A DNA stretch of 64,000 bases from Pseudoxanthomonas sp. GTDB taxonomy: Bacteria > Pseudomonadota > Gammaproteobacteria > Xanthomonadales > Xanthomonadaceae. The position numbers were made by a program, and so were the translations under genes. Numbering within the stretch: position 1 is the first letter of the stretch; every line of letters starts with the position of its first letter. The notes beneath the pieces were generated by a model. The model was not told where the DNA came from. It worked only from the letters and a program-made list of their open reading frames with translations, and did not search any database. The stretch is from positions 3,707-67,706 of the forward strand of contig JBIIHJ010000001.1 of assembly GCA_044235875.1 (NCBI GenBank). The letters are read 5' to 3'. Positions 56,335-64,000 of the stretch are shown here, piece by piece.

Positions 56335-56929
56335 CGGCCGGCTCCGTCGCCGCGAAGGAGGGACGTTGCGACACGGTGGCGAACCACGCTGCCAGCGCCG
56401 GTGCCTTGGCGCGCCAGCCGAAGTCGTCGAAGCGATAGTCCAGGTATCCCAGCGCACAGGCGATCGAGATCTGGCCAATGCCGAACGGCGCGTTGCCCAG
56501 CGCAGCGGCTTCGCCATCGAGCATCGCCAGGCTGGCCTCGGTCTTCAGCACGAAGGCATCGACCAGCGGCTGCAGGGGCTGGGCGCGTTCGCGCTCATTG
56601 CGCCACAGGATCAGCGCATCCAGCAGCCCGTCGCCGAAGGACAGCCAGCGCAGCGCCGGCCAGCGGGCATCGCCCGCAGGAAACAGACCGCCGTCGAAAC
56701 GCGCGTCCAGGTATTCGCAGATCACTGCCGAGTCGAACAGCGTGGCGCCGTTCTCCAGCACCAGCGTCGGAATCTTGGACAGTGGGTTGTCGGCCATGAT
56801 GGCCGGGTTGGGCTTGAGCATCGCCGCGACCGAGCGCTGCAGGGCGAGCTGCTCAACGCAGCCCAGCTCGTGCGCGACCACCATCACCTTGCGCACGAAT
56901 GGCGACTTGGGCGACCAGTGCAGTTTCAT
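56327..56929 (-). CDS. Glutathione S-transferase family protein
   Basis: SPKSPFVRKV, NPLSKIPTL, FDSAVICEYLD, ACALGYLDYRF. Confidence 0.92.
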   Translation of the reverse strand: MKLHWSPKSPFVRKVMVVAHELGCVEQLALQRSVAAMLKPNPAIMADNPLSKIPTLVLENGATLFDSAVICEYLDARFDGGLFPAGDARWPALRWLSFGDGLLDALILWRNERERAQPLQPLVDAFVLKTEASLAMLDGEAAALGNAPFGIGQISIACALGYLDYRFDDFGWRAKAPALAAWFATVSQRPSFAATEPADG

Positions 56930-58152
56930 CAGATGACTCCCTTGGCCCGCAGGCCTTCGATCTCATTGTCGCCGTAACCCAGCGCCTGCAGGATCTGGTC
57001 GCTGTGCTGGCCCAGCAGCGGCGGCGCGGTGCGCGCCTGCAGCGGCGCCTGGGCAAAGCGCATGGGGCTTGCGACCAGGGCCACGTCCACGCCGGACGGA
57101 TGCGGCGTGGTCCGCACCATCTTGCGGAATTTCACCTGCGGGTCGTCCAGCACCTCGGGCACGGTGTTGATCGCGCCGCTGGGTACGCCGGCGGCATCGA
57201 GCCTGGCGATCAGGTCGGCGCGCTTCCAGGTCTTGAACGCGTCCTGCAGCAGCGGGGTGAGTTCAGCGATGGCTTCCACGCGTTGGGCATTGGTCGCGTA
57301 GCGGCCTTGCGCCCACTGCGGCTGGCCCAGCACGCCGCACAGCTTGGCGAACTGGCGGTCGTTGCCGACCACCAGGATGATGTCGCCATCGACGCAGTGA
57401 TAGACATCCTGCGGCTGGATGTTGGGATGGGCATTGCCGTTGCGCTGTGGGGTCTTGCCCGACACCAGGTGATTCATGGCCTGGTTGGCCAGCGAGGCGA
57501 CCTGCACGTCGAGCATGCTGATGTCGATCGCATCGCCCTGACCCGTGGCATGGCGGCGATTGAGCGCGGCCAGGACCGATACGGCGGTGTACATGCCGGT
57601 CATCAGGTCGACGATCGGAATGCCGACCTTCTGCGGGCCGCCGCCGGGCTTGCCGTCGCGCTCGCCGGTGACGCTCATCAGCCCGCCCATGGCCTGGATC
57701 AGGAAGTCGTAGGCCGGCTGCTCGGCGCGCGGGCCGTCCTGGCCGAAGCCGGTCACCGAGCAGTAGATCAGGCGCGGGTTGAGCGCGCGCAGGCTGTCGG
57801 CATCCAGGCCGTAGCGCTTGAGCGTGCCGACCTTGTAGTTCTCAAGCACGATGTCCGCGTCCAGCGCCAGCTTGCGCACGATGGCCTGGCCTTCCTCGGT
57901 ATCGATGCTGACGGTGATCGACTGCTTGCCGGCGTTGACCGCCAGGTAATAGCCGGCCTCGCGGGTGTTGTTGCCCTGCGCGTCCTTGAGGAACGGCGGG
58001 CCCCACGAACGGGTGTCATCGCCGGCGCCGGGGCGCTCGACCTTGATCACCTCGGCGCCCAGGTCGGCCAGGATCTGGCCGGCCCACGGTGCGGCGAGGA
58101 TGCGGCTCAGGTCCAGGACCTTGATGCCGGAAAGCGGGCGGGGGGAACTCAT
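56929..58152 (-). CDS. Family III CoA-transferase (CaiB/BaiF)
   Basis: PLSGIKVLDLSRILAAP, GAEVIKVERPG.GDDTRSWGPPF, ENYKVG, YD...QAMGGLMS.TG, PPLLGQH. Confidence 0.95.
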   Translation of the reverse strand: MSSPRPLSGIKVLDLSRILAAPWAGQILADLGAEVIKVERPGAGDDTRSWGPPFLKDAQGNNTREAGYYLAVNAGKQSITVSIDTEEGQAIVRKLALDADIVLENYKVGTLKRYGLDADSLRALNPRLIYCSVTGFGQDGPRAEQPAYDFLIQAMGGLMSVTGERDGKPGGGPQKVGIPIVDLMTGMYTAVSVLAALNRRHATGQGDAIDISMLDVQVASLANQAMNHLVSGKTPQRNGNAHPNIQPQDVYHCVDGDIILVVGNDRQFAKLCGVLGQPQWAQGRYATNAQRVEAIAELTPLLQDAFKTWKRADLIARLDAAGVPSGAINTVPEVLDDPQVKFRKMVRTTPHPSGVDVALVASPMRFAQAPLQARTAPPLLGQHSDQILQALGYGDNEIEGLRAKGVI

Positions 58153-58219
58153 GACGTGATATCTCCGGCAGCGCCGTGGCGCGATGGGTCGCGCGATGCG
58201 CGCTTGGAAAAGTGCGGCC

Positions 58220-58996
58220 TCAGCGGCCGGTGAACACCGGTGCGCGCTTCTCGCGGAAGGCGGCCTGGGCTTCGCGCGCGTCCTCGGTACGACCGATCGC
58301 CACGGTCATGTCCTGCTCGTAGCGATAGCCATCGCGCAGGCTCATGTCTTCGATGGTGTTGAGCGTGTGCTTGCTCATGCGCGTGGCCACCGGGCTCTTG
58401 GCGGCGATGGTGCTGGCGATGTCCAGCGCGGTCGGCAGCAGTGCCTCGGGGGCCACGCAGGCTTCGACCAGGCCGAGCCGATACAGCTCGGCGCCATCCA
58501 CGCGCATGCCGGTCAGCGCCATGCGCCGCAGGCGCGAGTGGCCGAACAGGCGCATCGCATGGCGGCAGCCGCCGAGCAGGCCGACATCGATTTCCGGCAG
58601 GCCGAGCGTGGCTTTTTCGGATGCGACCAGGATGTCCGAGGAGGCCACCATCGCCAGGCCCGAGCCGAGCGCGGCGCCGTTGATGGCGACCACCACCGGC
58701 TTGGCGCACTCGCGGATGGCATGGAAGCATTCACGGGTGCGGCGCAGATGCGCGCCCAGGTCGCCCGGCCCCTTGATGACGTCGGCGCGACCCTTGAGGT
58801 CGGCACCGGCGCAGAACACCTTGCCCGCCGCCGTCAAGACGACGGCACGGATGCCGTCGTCTTCGCCGATGCGATCCAGGGCGAGCACCAGCTCGTCGTT
58901 GAGCGTGCGGGTCAGTGCATTGACCGGCGGTGCGTCCATCGTCAGGACGGCGACGTGTCCTTCAACGTGGACGTGCAACTGGGTCAGGTCATCCAT
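58220..58996 (-). CDS. Enoyl-CoA hydratase/isomerase (single-Glu type)
   Basis: PPVNAL, FCAGADL, AINGAALGSGLAM (first catalytic Glu absent), GLPEIDVGL. Confidence 0.9.
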   Translation of the reverse strand: MDDLTQLHVHVEGHVAVLTMDAPPVNALTRTLNDELVLALDRIGEDDGIRAVVLTAAGKVFCAGADLKGRADVIKGPGDLGAHLRRTRECFHAIRECAKPVVVAINGAALGSGLAMVASSDILVASEKATLGLPEIDVGLLGGCRHAMRLFGHSRLRRMALTGMRVDGAELYRLGLVEACVAPEALLPTALDIASTIAAKSPVATRMSKHTLNTIEDMSLRDGYRYEQDMTVAIGRTEDAREAQAAFREKRAPVFTGR

Positions 58997-59137
58997 GGTG
59001 CGTGGCCTTCGTGTTTCATCGAAGGCCAGTCTAGGCAGGCACCGCAGGCGTGCCGACGCAGCACGCTGCAGAGCTGCTATGCCGGTGTGCGCATATCCTC
59101 TAGGACCAACGTCGTATTGCGCGGCACGTCGGGCGGC

Positions 59138-59935
59138 TCAGCCGTACAACGCGGCCGGGTTGTCGACCAGGATGCGGTCGGCGGTCTGCGTATCGCCGGC
59201 CCAGGCGTGGAACATGGCGAACAGCTGTGCGGTATCGGGCTCGGGCTCGACCCGCAGATGCGGCCAGTCGCTGCCCCAGACCAGGCGTGCGGGATTGGCC
59301 TGCTGCAAGGCGTGCTGGAACGCGGCGCCGCGTTCAGGCCGGTCCTTGCGCAGCAGGTTGCGATACAGGCACAGCTTCACCCAGGTATTGCCTTGTTGCA
59401 GCAGCGACAGCAGGGATTGGAACCCCGCAGCCTCCACGCCGGCATCCAGGTCGAAGCCGCCGGCGTGATCGATCACCACCGGCACCGGCAATCCGGCCAG
59501 CACCTGCGCGATGCCGGGCAGGGCGGTGGTGTCGGTCCACAGTTCGGCATGCAGGCCAGCATCGGCCAATGCGGGTGCCAGTGCCGTGAGATCTTCCAGT
59601 CCGGCCGCGCCGGGGAAGTCGCCGCCGCTGCGGTGGCTGAAACGCGCCGCACGCACGCCGCGTGCACGCAGAGCCCTGAAGTCGAGCGTGTCCTCGCGCC
59701 GGGCGACGATCACCCCGCGCAGCTGCGGATAGCGCTCCAGCGCGTCCAGCAGCGGCGAGAAGTCCTGGCGGTAGGCGCTGGGATGGACCAGCACGCCATG
59801 CGCCAGGTTCAACCGGTGCAGCAGGCCGATGTAGTCCTCCGCGCTGGCTTCGGGCGGCGAATGCACGCTGGTATCGGCCAGCGGGAAACGCGCGTACGGC
59901 CCGAACACGTGCGCATGGCAGTCCCAGCCGCTCAT
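59138..59935 (-). CDS. Amidohydrolase_2 family lactonase (LigI-like)
   Basis: WDCHAHVFGP, VLVHPSAY, VIDHAG, WVKL, VWGSDWPH, ILVDNPA.LYG; ATGA overlap with the upstream gene. Confidence 0.88.
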   Translation of the reverse strand: MSGWDCHAHVFGPYARFPLADTSVHSPPEASAEDYIGLLHRLNLAHGVLVHPSAYRQDFSPLLDALERYPQLRGVIVARREDTLDFRALRARGVRAARFSHRSGGDFPGAAGLEDLTALAPALADAGLHAELWTDTTALPGIAQVLAGLPVPVVIDHAGGFDLDAGVEAAGFQSLLSLLQQGNTWVKLCLYRNLLRKDRPERGAAFQHALQQANPARLVWGSDWPHLRVEPEPDTAQLFAMFHAWAGDTQTADRILVDNPAALYG

Positions 59936-60501
59936 GCGCCGCGCCGCTGCGGCAGCGGGAACGCCGGCGCGACGCCTTCGGGCAGCGGAATCTCGTGCGT
60001 GTTCAAGGTCATCGCCACCATCGTGTAATAGCCCACCAGTGCGGTGAGCTCGACGATGGCGCGCTCGCCCAGCAGGGTCAGGGTCTGCGCGTAGGTCGCA
60101 TCGCTGACCGAATTGTCTTGGTTGAGTTCGCGCGCGAAACGGACGATGGCGTGCTCGGCCTCGTCCAGGCCGTCGGGGATCTCCTGCGCCAGCAGTGCAT
60201 CGAGGACCTGCGGCGACAGGCCGGCCTTTTCGCCTTCCAGCCGGTGCGCATACCATTCGAAGGGCGAGTTGCAGGCGCGGCCGGTGACCAGGATCGCCAG
60301 CTCGGACTGACGTGGGTTGAGCGAGGTGTTGTAGCGCAGCAGCGCGCCCAGCGCCTGCCAGCGGTCGGCCAGCTCGGGATTGTGGATGGCCGCGCGCAGC
60401 GGTCCCTGGATCTTGCCGCGCGGCCCGCTGACCACCTTGTCGTAGACCAGCTTCTGTTCCGGGGTCATCGCCTCGGGGGCGGGGAGGGTGATGCGGGGCA
60501 T
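59932..60501 (-). CDS. Carboxymuconolactone decarboxylase/AhpD-like protein
   Basis: SGPRG...GP.....HNPELA, LG..LRY.TSL..R..ELAIL, FEWYAH, VGYYTMVAM.LN. Confidence 0.88.
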   Translation of the reverse strand: MPRITLPAPEAMTPEQKLVYDKVVSGPRGKIQGPLRAAIHNPELADRWQALGALLRYNTSLNPRQSELAILVTGRACNSPFEWYAHRLEGEKAGLSPQVLDALLAQEIPDGLDEAEHAIVRFARELNQDNSVSDATYAQTLTLLGERAIVELTALVGYYTMVAMTLNTHEIPLPEGVAPAFPLPQRRGA

Positions 60502-60657
60502 GGTGTCTCCATTGGATCGGGGGCAAGGGCGCCAGGGACGCGTTGCCGTGCAGCGGCGTGGACACGCCTGCGGTCAGCGCCATGGCACGGCGCCGGGTCA
60601 TCCCAACGTTATAGCGCCACAGGTCCGGTCGGCGTCACCGCCGCACGTGCATGGCTG

Positions 60658-61638
60658 CTATGCATCCGGCGGCGCGTAGGACGCGCGCTGCCACAGGCCT
60701 TCGGCCGCCAGGGCATGGAAGACCTGGTCGATCTGTTGTGCCACGGCCGAGACCGCGCGTGCCGGCCCCTTGGAACGGGCCATGGCCATCGAAATGATCC
60801 GCTGCAGCGGCGGATCGCTGATCCGCGCGGCCTGTAGCACGCTGTCGGCCAGCTCCTTCCACACGGCGTGGATGGGCAGCACGGTGTAGACGCCGTCGCC
60901 GGCCGAGAGCGACTTCTGCAGCGGCAGCGAGTCGGCCTCGATCGCCGGTGTCAGGTTGATATGGCGCGTGCGTGCCACCGCGTCCAGCGCAGTGCGCAGT
61001 CCGTTGGGCGCGCCTGGCAGCACGAGCGACAGTCGGTCCAGCGCATCGAACGGCACCATGCCGCTGGCGGTCAGGTGATCGCCCTTGCGGCCGATCAGAT
61101 AGCTGTCCACCACCGCCAGCGACTGCTCGCCTTCGGGCAGGGTGGCGCCATAGCGATAGAGCACGGCGATATCCACGCGCGCATCGGCCAGCCATTCCTC
61201 GACCTGGCCGCTGGAACCTTCCAGGATCTTCAGCGTCACCGACGGATAGCGGCGACGCAGGCCGGAGAACAGCTGTCCGGTCAACGCCTGCGAGATCGAC
61301 GGCAGCAGGCCGATGGTGACCCGGCCGGTGGGTTCCAGCGCTTCGCCGCGGATGTCGCGCTCCAGTTGCGCCGCATCGGCCAGCAGCGCCTTGACCTGCG
61401 GGAACAGGCGTTCGCCCAACTCGGACAGCTGCACGCCGCGCCCGGTGCGGTTGAACAGTCGCTGGCCGCAGTCGCGCTCCAGTGCGTTGAGCTGGCGGCT
61501 GAGCACCGACTGGTTGCTGTCCAGGAACAGCGCCGCCCGGGTCACGCTGCCCAGTTCGCCGATGGCCACGAAGGTGCGCCATCGCCCCAGGTCGGTCACA
61601 AGGTCGATGTTGAGCGCGGTGACCTTGCGGCTGGACAT
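60658..61638 (-). CDS. LysR-family regulator (Nac/TcuR-like)
   Basis: GSVTRAA, QSVLSRQLNALE...GQRLFNRTGRGVQLSE, G.VTIGL.PS, EGSSGQV.EWL. Confidence 0.92.
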   Translation of the reverse strand: MSSRKVTALNIDLVTDLGRWRTFVAIGELGSVTRAALFLDSNQSVLSRQLNALERDCGQRLFNRTGRGVQLSELGERLFPQVKALLADAAQLERDIRGEALEPTGRVTIGLLPSISQALTGQLFSGLRRRYPSVTLKILEGSSGQVEEWLADARVDIAVLYRYGATLPEGEQSLAVVDSYLIGRKGDHLTASGMVPFDALDRLSLVLPGAPNGLRTALDAVARTRHINLTPAIEADSLPLQKSLSAGDGVYTVLPIHAVWKELADSVLQAARISDPPLQRIISMAMARSKGPARAVSAVAQQIDQVFHALAAEGLWQRASYAPPDA

Positions 61639-62159
61639 GGCAATGCGATTCGGGACGTGCGAGAGAGTGAACGAGGGTAGCAAAACGCCTGTGGACGGGC
61701 TTCTCGAGGGCGGCGGCAGGGTGCGTTCGACTAAAGGATAAGGGTCATATTCCGTCGGGAAACTGCTTGCAATGCCGGTGTTTGCTGGGCCTTGGCCGCT
61801 GCGGTGCGAGCCATCGCATTCCCGCCATAGCTGGATTGACCGGTTCCACCGTGCGCCCGAAAAAGCGCCGTGCCTAGACTCCGCCCCGTCATCACCTGCG
61901 GCTGACTGCAGGTCCACACGTTCGAGGAGGAGGGCCTCATGTCCAGACCGCACCACGTATCCCGGCCGATCCCGCTTGCGATGCCTGGGCCCGGACGCCG
62001 CTCGCTTCCGCACGGCTAAACCCTGCCGACCGAGCGTAGCGCGCTGGGTCTTCCACGCAATTCCTGCTTCGCAGCGACGTCTCGCGGTGTCCCTGCGCAT
62101 GGCGCCGTGCGGCCTGATGCCAGGCCGGCGATGCCGATCATCAGTTTCGGGAGGTTCTG

Positions 62160-63023
62160 ATGTACACGATGCATTTCACCGCCAAGCGCGTCCTGCTGCC
62201 GTGGCTCTGCGTCATGGGCATGAGCGCGCCGGCCCTGGCCAAGGACGCGCGTCAGCATCAGCAACTGCAGTGCGGCCCGGCGAGCATCGAGGTGGTCGTG
62301 GACGGGAAGGGTCCGACGATCGTGCTGCTGCCTTCGCTGGGACGTGACTCGCTTGATTACGACCCGATCGCCGAGGGCCTGGCGGCCAAGGGCTATCAGG
62401 TCCTGCGTCCGCAGCCGCGCGGCCTGGGTGCCAGCCGTGGCCCGATGGACGGCATCACCCTGGCCGATCTGGCCGACGATGTGTCCTGCGCCATCGACCA
62501 GGCCGGCAAGGCGCCGGCCGTGGTGGTCGGCCACGCCTACGGCAACTGGGTGGCGCGCATGCTCGCCGCGCGTCATCCGCAGTCGGTGCGCGGCGTGGTG
62601 GTGGCAGCCGCCGCAGCCAAGGAATATCCCAAGTCGCTGTCGGCCAGCATCATCCGCATCGCCGATCCCAAGACCTCGCAGGCCGATCGCCTGGCCGAGC
62701 TCCAGTCCACCTTCTTCGCGCCGGGCAACGATGCCTCGGTGTGGCTGGAGGGCTGGCATCCGGAGGTGCGCACCAGCCAGCGCAATGCCAGCGACGCCAC
62801 GCCCAAGGCGCTGTGGTGGAGCGCCGGCGGACGCGTGCCGCTGCTGGACCTGCAGGCCGAGTCCGATCCCTTCATGCCGGCCGACAAGCGCCAGGAGTTG
62901 CGCCAGGAACTGGGCCCGCGCGTCAGCGTGGTGACCATCCCCGGCGCCAGCCACGCCTTGCTGCCCGAGCAGCCCGCACGCGTCGTCGATGCCATCGCGG
63001 CCTGGGTCGCACACCTGCCTTGA
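62160..63023 (+). CDS. Exported alpha/beta-hydrolase-fold protein with Ala at the nucleophile elbow
   Basis: Signal peptide; LLPSLGR, PQPRGLG.S, GHAYGN, ESDPF, GASHALLPE. Confidence 0.85.
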   Translation: MYTMHFTAKRVLLPWLCVMGMSAPALAKDARQHQQLQCGPASIEVVVDGKGPTIVLLPSLGRDSLDYDPIAEGLAAKGYQVLRPQPRGLGASRGPMDGITLADLADDVSCAIDQAGKAPAVVVGHAYGNWVARMLAARHPQSVRGVVVAAAAAKEYPKSLSASIIRIADPKTSQADRLAELQSTFFAPGNDASVWLEGWHPEVRTSQRNASDATPKALWWSAGGRVPLLDLQAESDPFMPADKRQELRQELGPRVSVVTIPGASHALLPEQPARVVDAIAAWVAHLP

Positions 63024-63124
63024 GCCGATCCGTCGCCATCGCCGCCCCGTCGATGCGGTGCTGCCGCCAAGCGGCGAGGCAGCGTTGGCGTTCTTCGAAC
63101 ACACCAGCCCTGGGAGGGTGCCTG

Positions 63125-64000
63125 ATGTCTGTCCGTAATACCTTGTCCATTCCCCGATCCAGGCGCGTGATTTCGGGCCTGTGCCTGCTGGCTGCCGCCG
63201 GCGCGGGCCACGCCGCCACGTTCGAGGGCGAGAACGGCAGCATCGAGTTCTTCGGCAATCTCTATCCGCAGTACCAGTGGACCTCGTTCGGTTCGCCGAC
63301 CGCGGTGGGCACCCAGGTCAGCACGCTGACCACCAAGTCCAACGCCAGCACCACGCTGCGCAGTGTCACCGACAAGCCCGACGCCGACCGCGTCAACTGG
63401 TCGCAGTCGTTCTTCGCCATGCGCGGCAAGTACCGTTTCAACGAACAGTGGCAGGTCGGCTTCCGCCTGGACGAACAGGTCACCGAGCCCTACGACAACA
63501 GCCAGTACTTCCATCGCAGCCGCGATGCCTACGTCTACGTGGAGCATCCGGTGCTGGGTTCCTTCACCGGCGGGCGCATCAACAGCATCCTGTCCAACTG
63601 GGGCGACCCGGTGCGCATGATGGGAATCAGCGAGAGCAATTTCATTTCGACCTCGACCCTGCTGGGCGGCGCGTCCTTCGGCACCGGCAGCCGCGCCGGC
63701 ACCACCACCTGGGTGACCCGCGCCAGCCATGGCTACAAGTGGGAAAGTGCCAAGTGGAACGGTTTTTCCCTGGGCACCAGTTACATGCCGCATCGCGACG
63801 GCGCCGATTACGGCCGCCCGCGCCGCGCGTATTCCTATGGCGCGCGCTGGGAACAGGGGCCGTGGTACGTCGCACTGCAGTACGAGCGCCACACCAACCA
63901 TCTGGTGATCAGCGGCGTGCCCACCACCGCGCCAGCGGCCACTTCCATCGTCAATCAGGGCGGTGGTTCGCTCGACCAGAACGTGCGCCTGAGCGCGGCC
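63125..64000 (+). CDS. Classical Gram-negative porin (partial, runs off window end)
   Basis: Frame open from ATG 63125 to the window end; GGAGG RBS; signal GAGHA|A; IEFFGNL, SFFAMRGKY, VGFRLD, RDAYVYV...GSFTGGR, YKWES..WNGFS, YSYGARW..GPWYVALQYE. Missing from the ORF track because there is no stop in the window. Confidence 0.8.
   Translation, partial: MSVRNTLSIPRSRRVISGLCLLAAAGAGHAATFEGENGSIEFFGNLYPQYQWTSFGSPTAVGTQVSTLTTKSNASTTLRSVTDKPDADRVNWSQSFFAMRGKYRFNEQWQVGFRLDEQVTEPYDNSQYFHRSRDAYVYVEHPVLGSFTGGRINSILSNWGDPVRMMGISESNFISTSTLLGGASFGTGSRAGTTTWVTRASHGYKWESAKWNGFSLGTSYMPHRDGADYGRPRRAYSYGARWEQGPWYVALQYERHTNHLVISGVPTTAPAATSIVNQGGGSLDQNVRLSAA

Noticed and set aside
1-64000. CRISPR arrays, rRNA/tRNA, IS elements, integrases, prophage or defence genes
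   Set aside because: No regularly spaced repeats, RNA-gene signatures, or transposase, recombinase or phage motifs were seen

Overview
GC-rich (roughly 69-70% by eye) chromosomal segment, most likely from a Xanthomonadaceae bacterium (Pseudoxanthomonas/Stenotrophomonas-like; inferred from gene content and codon style). About 47 CDS were called; no rRNA, tRNA, CRISPR, integrase or IS element was seen. From left to right: (1) an exported DUF4198 / multi-EF-hand / partial secreted-protein operon and a thioredoxin lipoprotein; (2) metNIQ plus three oxidoreductases, with a repeated promoter motif; (3) a LacI-controlled carbohydrate-utilisation locus (two GH92 alpha-mannosidases and a TonB-dependent receptor, with clear operators); (4) several regulator+detox cassettes and a TetR-class/RND pump with twin operators; (5) a GH43-like plus GH93-like pair behind a DgoR-like palindrome, and a GH2 beta-mannosidase; (6) two c-di-GMP enzymes and a 2888-aa cyclic beta-1,2-glucan synthase with a translationally coupled 75-aa ORF; (7) a Betaproteobacteria-like CoA-dependent catabolic island with a Ser-less alpha/beta hydrolase and a classical porin that runs off the window. 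The best candidates for undescribed systems are a dispersed furanosyl-mannan (possibly fungal galactomannan) utilisation regulon and the catabolic island at 54-64 kb. Both are hypotheses. All family calls come from motif recognition by eye; no database searches were run.
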